Under the pieces are notes generated by a model that did no database searches, was not told the origin of the DNA, and worked only from the letters and a program-made list of their open reading frames with translations. Positions 8,976 through 19,666 of a stretch of 64,000 nucleotides of DNA are shown piece by piece (within the stretch, counting starts at the first letter, position 1; every line of letters begins with the position of its first letter). This DNA comes from a virus, in the IMG/VR virus record IMGVR_UViG_3300044797_000318, positions 32,001 to 96,000 of that record, one strand, 5' to 3'. Made by a program: the position numbers and the translations under genes.

Positions 8976-10337
8976 TTAACCTTTAAAATATTTGTCCATG
9001 TTCATTGCGCCGGTATTCAATAGATTTTTATCCTTGACTAGTCGGTTAAGTGCGTTTTGTATATCCTTTTCTGTTGGAGCCTTCCTATCATTAGCTAAGG
9101 CTTCAAACATAGAAGAGATATACAATTCCTTTAAGTAAGCATAAGAAAACTCGTACTTAGCAGCATATTTGGCAAGTTCCTTTCCTTTTTTAAGAGAAAT
9201 AAGATTGCCAAACCATCTTTTAAGATATATATGAGCCATTTCTGCGTTTGGTAGAGGAATCTCAAATTTTCTATCAAATCTAGACGGTCTATCAGTAATA
9301 TTAGACTTTAATTTTTTAACTTCATTAGCAGTAGCTATAACCAGCAAACCATTCTTTGCCGAAATACCATCCATTAAATTAAGGAAAGAAGAGGGGTCCA
9401 CACTCTTTTCGAGTAGAGAATCCAAATCCTCAAAATAAAGTAAAGAAGGGCTTTGTTCTTCTGCATAAGCAAAAGCCTCACGCACTGCTTCGTCATTAGC
9501 ACCTGCCACAATGGTGACTGGCTTAAAATTGTAAGCCGACATAATTGTTCTAATAATGGAAGTTTTGCCATTGCCCGGTTTTCCATACAAAAGAATACCA
9601 CGCTTCCAAGGAATTTTGTTTTCCAAATAGAAATCCTGGGAGGCTAAGAAATTCTCAACTAAGTTTTTAAGTTCTGTCTTGATTTCTTCTGGTAGAAATA
9701 AATCGGCCCAAGTATGATCCTTGGTGTAGGGCAAATCTTCTCCTTCCACTACACGAATATGCAGATTACTACGATCTCTTTCCACTACCCATTTATCAAA
9801 ATCATTACGAAGTTTAACATATCCTTCATAGTTCTTGCTAGAACATATAATGAAAAAACTAATTTCATCTTCGTTCTGATTTCCCTTATGAAATAAAGCG
9901 GCATGTAGAAATTCCACTCCTCTCGCCTTAATCAAAAACACACCCTGAGCAAAAAACTTCTCAAAATCGTGCTCGGTCTTCCAAGAGATAAGCGAATCTT
10001 TATATAGGCATTTAATGGCAATCTTACGCTCTTCGCAGAACTGTAAGAATTGTCCATCTATAATAATTCTATTATGAACGAATTTATTAAGATCATGATG
10101 ATCATTTAACGCATTTTTATATTGTCTCAATGTCCAATCCATTAAATCAATAAAATTAGCGGGTGGACGATTTTCAGTTAGTGAATGTGGATCGTGCTCT
10201 AAACCAGTCAATCTAGCCAAGGATAAATTTTCTTGGGTTTCCATGTCTTCGGGGGCTAAATATTGTTCTTTTTGTGTGGTCATGCTTTGATAACTCGTTC
10301 TTTCAATAAAATTAGGTACGTCGATTATCGACTCCAC
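8976..10337 (-). CDS. AAA+ ATPase (BCS1/FtsH-like AAA domain)
   Basis: RGILLYGKPGNGKT Walker A, LYFEDLD Walker B, RPSRFD second region of homology. Confidence 0.9.
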   Translation of the reverse strand: MESIIDVPNFIERTSYQSMTTQKEQYLAPEDMETQENLSLARLTGLEHDPHSLTENRPPANFIDLMDWTLRQYKNALNDHHDLNKFVHNRIIIDGQFLQFCEERKIAIKCLYKDSLISWKTEHDFEKFFAQGVFLIKARGVEFLHAALFHKGNQNEDEISFFIICSSKNYEGYVKLRNDFDKWVVERDRSNLHIRVVEGEDLPYTKDHTWADLFLPEEIKTELKNLVENFLASQDFYLENKIPWKRGILLYGKPGNGKTSIIRTIMSAYNFKPVTIVAGANDEAVREAFAYAEEQSPSLLYFEDLDSLLEKSVDPSSFLNLMDGISAKNGLLVIATANEVKKLKSNITDRPSRFDRKFEIPLPNAEMAHIYLKRWFGNLISLKKGKELAKYAAKYEFSYAYLKELYISSMFEALANDRKAPTEKDIQNALNRLVKDKNLLNTGAMNMDKYFKG

Positions 10338-10432
10338 TTAGAAATTCCATAAGTCTTACTACTAGCAAAAACGGGATAATTGAAATAACTAATAGTGCCA
10401 TACAAATAGACTCGAACACATAATATAGAAAT

Positions 10433-12232
10433 TTACGCATTCGCGACCCGTAAGGGCAGAGCCCCGAGATTAACAGTATTTCTGCACTTTGGAAATCCAG
10501 AACATCCTAAAAACTTATCACCTGTTTTAGTCGTGCGAACTGACATTGGGCTTCCACACTTGGTGCACATCTCGGCACCACGACCTAAATATGCCTTGTC
10601 CAATTCCTTCTTGAATTCTGGGAAAAACTTTTTTAGCATATCGATATGATTTATTTTACCACATTCAATTTCATCCAGTTGATTTTCCATCTTGGCGGTG
10701 TAATTATAATCCATAAAAGTGAAGAATTGAACTAATTCATCGGTAATTTTTTTACCTAAATCAGTAGCATGGAAAACGCTACCCTTCTTCTCCACATAGT
10801 TACGAGTCGTAATTTTGCTAAGAAGCTCGGCATAAGTAGCGGGACGACCAATATTTTTATTAACTAGTTCTTTGATTAACTTATCTTCGGAGTATCTTGG
10901 AGGGGGTTGGGTTTGTTTCTTTTCCATCTGGACAGGAATTTGTCCAAAGAGTTGACAAACATCACCCATCTGTAAAAGCGGTATTTCGATCTTAGAGTTA
11001 TCTTCAATACCCAAGATTTCCAAAAATCCTTTTGTCTTGATAGCTTTACCCGAAGTCTGGACTTTGGTTTTTTTGTCGTTCTGAACATGTGCAGTCACCC
11101 TAAGTGTATCATAAATGGCTGGCGACATCTGGCTAGCCACAAAATGTTTCCAAATGGTTTCATATACCATTTTTTCATCTGGATCAATAATTGCAAAATT
11201 ATCTTTGGGCAGCAGTGTTAGATCGGAGGGGCGGATGCATTCATGAGCATCCTGGGCCGCATCTTTGTTCTTGTAGACTGGCGGTTTCGTTGGAATAGCG
11301 TACCTATTAGCAGTCAGCCAAGCACGAACTTCTTGCACTGCCTCTTCACCTACTCTGACAGAATCTGTTCTAATATAAGTACAATAGCCTGCCTCATACA
11401 AACTTTGAGCAGCTTTCATAGTACGGTCTGCCGACATACCATGTTCTTTGGACATGATGCGTTGAAGTGTAGAAGTTACCAATGGCGGTTGAGGGTACTT
11501 AGCTTCTGCATCAGAGGAAACTTCAGAGATAATATATGATTTTCCGCTCAGGGCAGCCTGAGCGGCCATAGCAGTTTTCTCGTCAGTGGGACGACCAACA
11601 TATTTAGTGTTGAACCCCATCTTACCATCTTTTGACAAGACAACCTGAATAGTCCAAAACTCTTCTGGAATAAATGCTTCGATTTCTCGTTCACGATCAA
11701 TAACCATACGAGTAACTACCGATTGAACACGGCCGGCCGACAACTTGGGACCAAAAAAGTTCATCAAAAATGGGGATGCCATAAATCCGACCAGACGATC
11801 CAATATACGACGAGCTTCCTGAGAATGAAAGAGGTTCATATCAATGTCCCTCACGTCTTTCACGGCTTGTTGCAATTTAGCCTTTTTAATCTCGTTAAAG
11901 ACCATGCGCTTAATAGGCTTACCCGTATCGGCCAAACGTTGAGCAAGGTGCCAAGCAATAGCTTCTCCTTCACGATCAGGGTCGCTTGCTACAAAAATTT
12001 GATCAACTTTTTTAGCAGCAGCCAATAAAGCATCTAGGGTATCTATCTTATCTTCCATTAGAACATAGTGTGGTCGAAAGTCTTTTTCGACATCAACCCC
12101 TAAACCAAATCGTCCACCTTTAGCCAAATCTGTAATATGGCCCTTGCTGGCTAATACGCTAAAATCCTTACCCAGATAAGCTTGAATTTTTTCTGCCTTG
12201 GCTGGCGATTCTACAATCACGAGAGTTTTCAT
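10433..12232 (-). CDS. topA: DNA topoisomerase I (type IA)
   Basis: LVIVESPAKA, ASDPDREGEAI, SAGRVQS, TYIRTDS catalytic Tyr, GRPATYA; C-terminal C4 zinc ribbon. Confidence 0.97.
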   Translation of the reverse strand: MKTLVIVESPAKAEKIQAYLGKDFSVLASKGHITDLAKGGRFGLGVDVEKDFRPHYVLMEDKIDTLDALLAAAKKVDQIFVASDPDREGEAIAWHLAQRLADTGKPIKRMVFNEIKKAKLQQAVKDVRDIDMNLFHSQEARRILDRLVGFMASPFLMNFFGPKLSAGRVQSVVTRMVIDREREIEAFIPEEFWTIQVVLSKDGKMGFNTKYVGRPTDEKTAMAAQAALSGKSYIISEVSSDAEAKYPQPPLVTSTLQRIMSKEHGMSADRTMKAAQSLYEAGYCTYIRTDSVRVGEEAVQEVRAWLTANRYAIPTKPPVYKNKDAAQDAHECIRPSDLTLLPKDNFAIIDPDEKMVYETIWKHFVASQMSPAIYDTLRVTAHVQNDKKTKVQTSGKAIKTKGFLEILGIEDNSKIEIPLLQMGDVCQLFGQIPVQMEKKQTQPPPRYSEDKLIKELVNKNIGRPATYAELLSKITTRNYVEKKGSVFHATDLGKKITDELVQFFTFMDYNYTAKMENQLDEIECGKINHIDMLKKFFPEFKKELDKAYLGRGAEMCTKCGSPMSVRTTKTGDKFLGCSGFPKCRNTVNLGALPLRVANA

Positions 12233-12244
12233 ATTGCTAAACCT

Positions 12245-13260
12245 TTATAAATCACAACAGTACCATCCACCACAATTCTTACATTCAGAAACAAAACAAT
12301 CTTCACAAACATCTTCTACGCATTTGTGTTTTGGACAAACTACATCAGGATTATTGCAACATTTACCAGAACATGGGCAGAATGTTGTTTCATTAACTAA
12401 ATTCTCATTTTCGCACGCATCCTTATCAAAATCTAATTTTTCTCTATTACTGTCTAATAAATTTTGCTTCGATGAATAAGGGCGCAAATTACTTAATTCC
12501 CAGCAATCTCGAAATGACCGATCTACCATTGAAGTGTAATTAAAACTACTGTGTGGAATGATATGGTCTATCTGCCATGTCCAAGTAGATGGAACATTGT
12601 CGTTCCAAGTTTTGATCTTATAAGAACCATAGTTATTCCAGTTCATCCATGGTTCGAATTGCTTTTCGAGATGATCTTTCAATTCTTGAATAGTGTATGG
12701 AAGGTATTGAGAAACTGATTTATTATTCTTACTTAAACCACTTTTAAATAGGAAATACCAAACTTGACTTGATACCCTTCTTCTAATTTTGAATAATAAA
12801 TCGCTTTGACTGCGATTTTTGTAATATTCCCTACGGTAATTATCTACTTTTCTTTGTTGTTTTTATAATACTCTTTTTGAACTGCGACTACTTTGTCTTT
12901 ATTGTTTTCGTAAAACTTTTTGTGCTGGATATTAATATCCGACTTGTTTTCTTTATAAAAAAGAGAATTTCGGGCAGCTATTTCATCTTTATTATTTTCT
13001 CTGTATTCTTTTTGAATACTAACAATACTTTCTCTATTTGTCTTGTAATATTCTTTTTGATACTCCAAAATATCATCTTTGTTATTTTCATAATAAATCT
13101 TCTTACCATTTGCAATGACAGATTTGTTATTCTCTCGGTAATCTTTGGCACAATCTTTACACATTGATTGTAGCCCGTCTTTAAATCTTTTGCCCTTTGA
13201 AAAGCAGCCTTTATCCTTCTCAACCCCGCATTTACTACATATTTTTGTATTATTATTCAT
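12245..13260 (-). pseudogene. HNH-like homing endonuclease with -1 frame break near 12847
   Basis: ATG 13260 (KICSKCG...) ends AAA GAA AAG TAG at 12844; the -1 frame continues KVDNYRREYY...LPYTIQELKDHLEKQFEPWMNW...IDHIIP. Confidence 0.8.
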
Positions 13261-13705
13261 GATACATATCCAAACGAATATTAATAGCTTTTTTGAGGAA
13301 CTATTAGCTGACATTGAGTGCCAACCCACTACTCGTATATATATCACCAGCATTTACGGAAAATACAAGACCGCCCAATTCGATCTATCCAAAGATAGTG
13401 TCACTTTGCTGTTTGCGCAAGCCCGCAATAAACAAGATTTTTTGACTTACCAAAATTTGGGGGACTGGATTTTTTTCGCCAATACGATCGCGCCCCAACA
13501 TCTTCGGTTTGCAAGTAAAGATTATTATGATACAATAGCTCGACTTTCTTATTACTCTTGCTATAAATTAATTAATTGTCAGTGGCAACTTTTTGAGGAA
13601 TTGGCGGACGACTTCATCATCCTAGAAGAAGAAGTTAAAAAGCGACTACCAGCTCTTAGTACTCAAATCGTTCAGGGTACTTATATCGACCCTTACGGTT
13701 CGTAA
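13259..13705 (+). CDS. conserved hypothetical protein
   Basis: ATG 13259; helical protein with LGDWIFF...YYDTIARLSY...LFEELADDF. Confidence 0.65.
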   Translation: MIHIQTNINSFFEELLADIECQPTTRIYITSIYGKYKTAQFDLSKDSVTLLFAQARNKQDFLTYQNLGDWIFFANTIAPQHLRFASKDYYDTIARLSYYSCYKLINCQWQLFEELADDFIILEEEVKKRLPALSTQIVQGTYIDPYGS

Positions 13706-14159
13706 TTTCAGGTCGTTTTTTAGTTGATTTTTGATTAAAACTCCACATAGTAGCTCCGCACGGACATCCCACCATTTCCGTTACATTTTTTTCTGTTTTG
13801 GGATCTAAATCACGAACTCTGTGTACTGTGGGACGATATTGTTTATCGCCTAAAATAAAAGAAAAGTCTTCAATAGTTTGGAAAAACTTAGGCTCACTAT
13901 CTAAATACCAATCATCCGTCAATCGTTGAACCCAGCCCCTCATCCATTTTGAGACAGTAAGTCGGGATCGCGGGTCTTTCCACAAATAGGGATTTCTAAT
14001 ATAGTAATAATAAATAGGTGGCTCTCCACACTGTATGCAGCGAGCACCTCGCGGCATAAAAGTAGAAGAAATGTTCACCTGTATCACTTCCGCTTTATAC
14101 ATGGGATTAAACCTTCTTAACAAAGCAGTTATCTCTTTGTCCTTAATTTGTATTTTCAT
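13656..14159 (-). CDS. hypothetical zinc-binding protein
   Basis: CIQC and CPCG. Confidence 0.65.
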   Translation of the reverse strand: MKIQIKDKEITALLRRFNPMYKAEVIQVNISSTFMPRGARCIQCGEPPIYYYYIRNPYLWKDPRSRLTVSKWMRGWVQRLTDDWYLDSEPKFFQTIEDFSFILGDKQYRPTVHRVRDLDPKTEKNVTEMVGCPCGATMWSFNQKSTKKRPEITNRKGRYKYPERFEY

Positions 14160-15520
14160 TGCATTGCTATCTTAGCACGTTCCACTATTTTTTTACGAAT
14201 TCGATTGACGTAGGCCATACCCCCCATTTGGTAATGGGGCGGCACCCTCAAATGAGTAACAGTAACGGGTGTCCCCGGTTCTATATCTCGCATATGGATT
14301 TTACAAAAACTATAATTTATAACCGAAGACATTAATGATATTTTGGATTTACGATGAATGATATTCAATAGTTTACCAATGTAAAATGGTTTTGTGTAGG
14401 ACGCTTTTCTTCCACCAATATAAAATTCTTTGGTTTCATTTTTAATACTAAATCTATCGGTAATAACGCTATCATACTCAGATATACCATCAAACAAACA
14501 TAAAGTATCATCTAGTAAGTTATCTATTTTATAACGCTTCTTATTTTTGATAACAAAAAATGGGAGAGAGGCCTCTAACAACTTAATATATTCTTGAAAA
14601 ACTCTGTGTTGAAACCCCATATGGTTATCATTAGTGTTTAGCAAATAGGCAGTCATTTCCACCGGAGAAGATTTCAGAAGATTGGAAAACGCTTTGTAAA
14701 CATGTTGCTTGTGCTTGACCGTAGCATCTGAGCTACTATACGGTACATTATTGCTTTGCGTCTCAATAATCTCTTGAAGAAATTTCAGTTTGTCTTGCAA
14801 ATCTTTTGCCACTTCAAGTTGCGTGTAAATGTCAATTTCTTGGGATGGTATATTGTCCTTTAAGATAAATCCACCATCCTGAGGAACATCTAAAATTAAC
14901 TTTTCTGGATTAGATTTAGAAGTAGGATGATGCATTTTGCGTAAGCCATTAATATCACCTACGAAAAAACAATCAAAATAAGGACATGAAACTTTGGAAA
15001 AATTATCTAGTGGATGCGGAATAAATCTTTGACAATCTGCGCAGTGATACCCCTGCTTATTGTGAGTGGCAAAAGTATTAAAAAAGAAAATCTTCTTTGG
15101 GTCGATAGTTTGTTGCAACTCAAATTTACACTCATCGCACTTAAACACCTTATCAGAAACGAGGGCAGAATACTCTTTACCTAAAAAAAGACACCCAGGA
15201 CAAATGTATTCTATTTTTTGTTTAACTACAAATGGCTTAGATAGTTTTTTACAAAATGCATTGGCTATATAAAAAAGATAGCTATCCATCTCCTCCATAG
15301 AAGAATTTTTATTAATGAAAGAAACGCAACCAGTACGCAGCTCTTCAATCAACTCTTCTTTCAAGGCGCGCAAAGAGAGCTGACTATCATTCTTGAAAAA
15401 GATGCGATGTAAAGTAGTAATTCCTTGTTCGTGTTTTTTAATAAACTCTTCTACTAAAAAATCTACGTCTATTAAATTGAGTGGGCGGACAGATTGCATT
15501 ATTCTCCAAAATAACTGCAC
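14156..15520 (-). CDS. hypothetical zinc-finger protein, possibly a divergent sigma-factor-like protein
   Basis: four Cys pairs; flanking segments resemble sigma region 2 and region 3.2 (see findings). Confidence 0.5.
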   Translation of the reverse strand: MQLFWRIMQSVRPLNLIDVDFLVEEFIKKHEQGITTLHRIFFKNDSQLSLRALKEELIEELRTGCVSFINKNSSMEEMDSYLFYIANAFCKKLSKPFVVKQKIEYICPGCLFLGKEYSALVSDKVFKCDECKFELQQTIDPKKIFFFNTFATHNKQGYHCADCQRFIPHPLDNFSKVSCPYFDCFFVGDINGLRKMHHPTSKSNPEKLILDVPQDGGFILKDNIPSQEIDIYTQLEVAKDLQDKLKFLQEIIETQSNNVPYSSSDATVKHKQHVYKAFSNLLKSSPVEMTAYLLNTNDNHMGFQHRVFQEYIKLLEASLPFFVIKNKKRYKIDNLLDDTLCLFDGISEYDSVITDRFSIKNETKEFYIGGRKASYTKPFYIGKLLNIIHRKSKISLMSSVINYSFCKIHMRDIEPGTPVTVTHLRVPPHYQMGGMAYVNRIRKKIVERAKIAMQ

Positions 15521-16485
15521 ACTTCTGTTGCGGTAGTATATGCCACTTGAAATCGTTCTAGGTGTCGAAAATTATCTCTCAACAAAGCATCTCCCTTGCC
15601 TAATAAATCTTCTGCCCCGGAGGCATCCAATATTACTTTGGAATCCACATGGCTAGCTACTTTACAAGCAATCCTGGCGGGAAAGTTGGCTTTGATAGCG
15701 CCATTAACAATATTAACAGAGGGTCTCTGAGTAGATAAAACAATGGACATTTGTGCGGCTCGGCATTTTTGTGCCAAACGACATAACTTATTAAAAAAGA
15801 TATTTTCTTTGTCTTGCATAATAAGATCGGCAAACTCATCGATAATAATAAGAATTGGTTTGAGATCTTGGGTTTGCCAACCAACTCTAAGTTTATTATA
15901 CCTATCTTCCATAATTTCAATCATATTAGATAGAAGTTCTAACGTATCATCATATGTGAAATACACCTGAGTATTTTTCAGCTTGTCATATGGGGCAAAT
16001 TCGATCCGCTTTGGATCAATAAGAAATAGTTCAGCGTCATCGTAATTAAGCACATTAGCAACAATGTTGTGCAGTAAAACACTTTTACCAGAACCAGTAG
16101 TACCAGCAATAAGCATATGTGGATTTTGCAGTAAATCTATCCACACTTTTTTACCATCCACACTTTGTCCCAATAAAGCTATCAGCCCGCCATTTGGTAT
16201 ATCATCATTATTAAAATAATCAAATAGTTTAAGTGTCTTACCAGTAGGGGTAATAAACTCTAATCTGACCAAACCCAATTCGCGCATGATTTTAATACTA
16301 GGTTTGCATGGCTTTCTAAGGGCTAACGAGATTTCATCACTATATCTTTGGATATCTTTCACCTTAGTATTAGGGTGAAGTTTAAGATCGTAGTAAGTAT
16401 AGTTATCGATCTGATTAGCTGCCGAACAAGTAGCTTGAATATGAAATGAGTTTAATATTTGATTGAACTGACTTATAGTTTCCAT
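15499..16485 (-). CDS. FtsK/SpoIIIE family ATPase
   Basis: PHMLIAGTTGSGKS, LIDPK, IIIDEFADL, LSTQRPS, NFPARIA, GAEDLLGKGD. Confidence 0.93.
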   Translation of the reverse strand: METISQFNQILNSFHIQATCSAANQIDNYTYYDLKLHPNTKVKDIQRYSDEISLALRKPCKPSIKIMRELGLVRLEFITPTGKTLKLFDYFNNDDIPNGGLIALLGQSVDGKKVWIDLLQNPHMLIAGTTGSGKSVLLHNIVANVLNYDDAELFLIDPKRIEFAPYDKLKNTQVYFTYDDTLELLSNMIEIMEDRYNKLRVGWQTQDLKPILIIIDEFADLIMQDKENIFFNKLCRLAQKCRAAQMSIVLSTQRPSVNIVNGAIKANFPARIACKVASHVDSKVILDASGAEDLLGKGDALLRDNFRHLERFQVAYTTATEVCSYFGE

Positions 16486-16532
16486 TTTATACCCTACAAC
16501 ATAACCATATAAATTAGAAGGGCAAGGGGATC

Positions 16533-16937
16533 TTATTTTACAAAAACGTAGTATTTTTCCGCAATTATTTTATATAATTCTTCGGAAGTTGGTTTTATCA
16601 AACCAGCGGAATGACCAATTTTAATATCATTGGCACGAACCATACCATGTGGCAATTCAATAACTAAATCACTAAATAAATTATCACCAATCATACGAGT
16701 GGAGTGAGGTTCCCCGTAGCAAATCTCTGAAACTTTACCAGCATGACAAAAAACAATATCTAGTGGGCTGGGAGTATTGTGCATCCAAAATTTGTTAATA
16801 CGAGGAGAGCTATAGATAAAAGACATAACTGGTGGCGGCCAAGCTTGATGCATGAGCCCTCGGCCTTGCTCTTCGGCAGAAATAGCTAGCAAACTTGGAA
16901 AGATATTATTATGAATAAAGATATACCCGTTTTCCAT
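16533..16937 (-). CDS. DUF192 family protein
   Basis: QGRGLM...MSFIY...FWMHNTPSPLDIVF...VIELPHG. Confidence 0.85.
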   Translation of the reverse strand: MENGYIFIHNNIFPSLLAISAEEQGRGLMHQAWPPPVMSFIYSSPRINKFWMHNTPSPLDIVFCHAGKVSEICYGEPHSTRMIGDNLFSDLVIELPHGMVRANDIKIGHSAGLIKPTSEELYKIIAEKYYVFVK

Positions 16938-16944
16938 AATAACC

Positions 16945-18345
16945 TTAAAACAAGAAAGTGGAGGCTTCTTCCGGCTTTTCGGAATGATAGAGTGATCTTA
17001 GCATAATACGAAGTGAAGACATCTCGCGATTGACCTGGCCAAGGGCCGCTACAAGTTTTTCTTGATCGAACCCACTTTCTAATAGGTTCATTACTTCATT
17101 TAAGTCTTTCCTGATTTGAGTAATAAATTGATAGATTTCCAGTCTTTGACCGGAGGTGGCGCCAGGGAGGACTTGATGTCTAAACTTACCTAATTGTCTC
17201 TGGGCTTCCTTAGCTGGCAACTTAGCCTTTAACTGCGCTACCACTTGCACAAAATTATTTCCGTTGGTGCCTAATTGAGTATTGGTTTCTTGTAGGGCTT
17301 TATCATAAACAGCATCTATATTAGATTTTTGGAAGACATCAAACATCTTATCTTTGGGGGCGGCCAAGATACCGTCAATAACGGAACCCAACTCACGAAA
17401 AGCTGGATTGCTAGCTACCACTCCTAAACTGGCAGAGGCAGCTCTATAATCTGTAATTTTAGCAAGAGAGGGGCTGCTGGGCGTAGCAGTAGGTTTTATT
17501 TCCTGATTTTCATCTGCCTCTCGTCCCTCCTCGATAGCTTTCTCTTTCTTTAATTCTGGATCGGTTTCTATTTGACCACCTTGATCTTTAATTAGATCGC
17601 TCGGTCTAATAGCTTTGTAAGTAGAGAAAAGACGATTAACGGCATTCCAATAATTCCAAATTTGCGTCATCATCTTGTGAGAGACAACAATACTATTCTT
17701 AGAAGACTTAACAATTTCTTTATGGAGTTTCTTTAATTCCTTATAAGATTTGACACAGTTGTCCAACATAGCCATTCGCAAACGACGAATGCGAGCCCCT
17801 TCACCAAACCCAAACTTAGGATTGAATAGTCTAGTGATAAAACGAGAAAATGGGTTGGAAGCCAAAGTTTCCAGCTCGTATTTACTTTCCAGACGAAAAG
17901 CTACCTTAATTAATTCCGAGTCGTTTAAGGAAGCGGCTAACTGCTTTCCCATTTGTTGGGATAAGTCTGAATTACCAGGAGCTGCGGGAGCGGCAGTATC
18001 ATTAGCTGGTGGCGGAGTTTGCCCTGGTGCTACCACTGGCTTCTGTGGCTTTTGACGACGGTTCTTAGCATAATCCAATTGTTCTTGAATAATACCATTG
18101 CCTCGATTAACAATTTCTTGAAAATCACCAGCCAAAGCCCCAATGACAGTCCCAGGATCGGCCGGAATAGGCTGCGTAATACGGGAGCGTTCCTTGAAAA
18201 ATTTGGAAGGCCAACCATTTATTGTTTTTTTAATATGAATAAGATCGTTGATAAATGTAGACACGTCTTTGTTCCAAGTAGCTTTATTGGCTCTTAGTCT
18301 CTCTTGGACGGGGTCGGCGGATGGTTTTCGGGCAATCTTTTCCAT
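16945..18345 (-). CDS. hypothetical helical protein
   Basis: 466-aa ORF, no motif recognised. Confidence 0.75.
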   Translation of the reverse strand: MEKIARKPSADPVQERLRANKATWNKDVSTFINDLIHIKKTINGWPSKFFKERSRITQPIPADPGTVIGALAGDFQEIVNRGNGIIQEQLDYAKNRRQKPQKPVVAPGQTPPPANDTAAPAAPGNSDLSQQMGKQLAASLNDSELIKVAFRLESKYELETLASNPFSRFITRLFNPKFGFGEGARIRRLRMAMLDNCVKSYKELKKLHKEIVKSSKNSIVVSHKMMTQIWNYWNAVNRLFSTYKAIRPSDLIKDQGGQIETDPELKKEKAIEEGREADENQEIKPTATPSSPSLAKITDYRAASASLGVVASNPAFRELGSVIDGILAAPKDKMFDVFQKSNIDAVYDKALQETNTQLGTNGNNFVQVVAQLKAKLPAKEAQRQLGKFRHQVLPGATSGQRLEIYQFITQIRKDLNEVMNLLESGFDQEKLVAALGQVNREMSSLRIMLRSLYHSEKPEEASTFLF

Positions 18346-18432
18346 TAGTAAAGATATGGAATTATTGCCACTTATAATAAAAACGCTGGTATCCTACTTC
18401 GATAAGATACCAGCGATCCCACAACAGGACAT

Positions 18433-19071
18433 TTAGATAATATGGTCAATAATACCATAAGCTTGGGCTGCCTTGGCATCCATCCAATGCTCGGTTTGAC
18501 AATCGGCTTTTACCTTTTCGAAAGTTTGTCCAGTATGTTTAGCCATTACTTTCAACATGGTATCATTTTCCTCATCAACAAATTCTAGATAGTTTTTACT
18601 ATTAGTAAAATCAAACCCAGGTATTGGAAAAACAAACTGGGTGCCATGGATCATTACCTTAGAACTACGAAGGGCATAACGTTTTCCCTTCGAGCCAGCC
18701 GCCAAAATCCAGGCGCCCGCAGAATAAGCTTTACCGAGGAGAATGGTTTTGATGGGGGCGCGAACCATTTGCATAACATCATAGATATTAGCCATACCGG
18801 TAGCAGCCCCGCCATTAGTATGAATGTAAATATCGATCTCAGCTTCGTGATCTTGGTTATCATAATACAATAACATAGAAGATAATTCAGCCCCTAACCT
18901 ATCAGAAACATTCTCGTAAATGAAAATGGCACGACTTTTAGTTAGTTTGACATAACTTTCTGCATAGCCCATCGGCATTTGCATACGAAAATGATCTTTA
19001 TGATCGTGTTGGTCTTTGGTATTCTCTCGCTCTTTATGGTGTCGAGCAACCTTTACTACTTGATCATTCAT
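18433..19071 (-). CDS. clpP: ClpP protease subunit (Ser and His retained)
   Basis: IYIHTNGG, AYSAG catalytic Ser, VMIH catalytic His, YGIIDHI. Confidence 0.88.
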   Translation of the reverse strand: MNDQVVKVARHHKERENTKDQHDHKDHFRMQMPMGYAESYVKLTKSRAIFIYENVSDRLGAELSSMLLYYDNQDHEAEIDIYIHTNGGAATGMANIYDVMQMVRAPIKTILLGKAYSAGAWILAAGSKGKRYALRSSKVMIHGTQFVFPIPGFDFTNSKNYLEFVDEENDTMLKVMAKHTGQTFEKVKADCQTEHWMDAKAAQAYGIIDHII

Positions 19072-19079
19072 GGCTTGCC

Positions 19080-19664
19080 TTACTTATTGAAAGTGACGAT
19101 CTGATCGATAAACCCATACTTCATCGCATTTTTAGCATTAAAGAAAACTCGACGATCAAAATCTTTTTTGACCTGACCCACAGTTTTCTTAGTGGTCTTA
19201 GCCAAAATTTCCATTAGGCGTTGATTGTCCAATTTTTCTTGTTCGAACAGGGCATGAGCACCCGGCAAATCAGTATGCATATGAAAATTATGCACTAGCT
19301 GTGTTGCCGCAATGATAGCATGAGGAGTAGCTAATCTCATTTTAGGTTTGCCGCCTGCTAATATTATTAGTGCCTCATCGAAGGCCGCACCAATACATAC
19401 AGTTTCAATAGGGGCTCGAACCATCGACATAACATCATAAATCATAAAAGCGTTTCTAATATCTCCGCCAGAACAATTAATGAATAAGGTAATCTTTTTT
19501 TCTGGATCCTCATGATCTTTTAGTAGTAATGTCGCCACAATATCTGATGCTAAATCATCATCTAGATGATTAGCAAGAAACAAAATGCGGTCGCTAGATA
19601 ATTTTTGATAGACATCAACGGGAACTTCACCGTGTTCAGTTTGCTCTAAAACTAATGTATTCAT
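19080..19664 (-). CDS. ClpP-like subunit lacking catalytic residues (ClpR-like)
   Basis: DVYQKLSSDRILFL, LFINCSGG, YGFIDQI; nucleophile position reads AFDEA and the His position reads AATQ. Confidence 0.82.
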   Translation of the reverse strand: MNTLVLEQTEHGEVPVDVYQKLSSDRILFLANHLDDDLASDIVATLLLKDHEDPEKKITLFINCSGGDIRNAFMIYDVMSMVRAPIETVCIGAAFDEALIILAGGKPKMRLATPHAIIAATQLVHNFHMHTDLPGAHALFEQEKLDNQRLMEILAKTTKKTVGQVKKDFDRRVFFNAKNAMKYGFIDQIVTFNK

Positions 19665-19666
19665 AA

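Noticed and set aside
12683-12846. Amber readthrough joining the two halves of the HNH gene
   Set aside because: The halves are in different frames (161-nt offset); readthrough meets TAA without reaching the nuclease domain.
12850-13140. Tandem repeat-like DNA
   Set aside because: It reflects the degenerate Y..NK..I protein repeats typical of this endonuclease family, not a DNA array.
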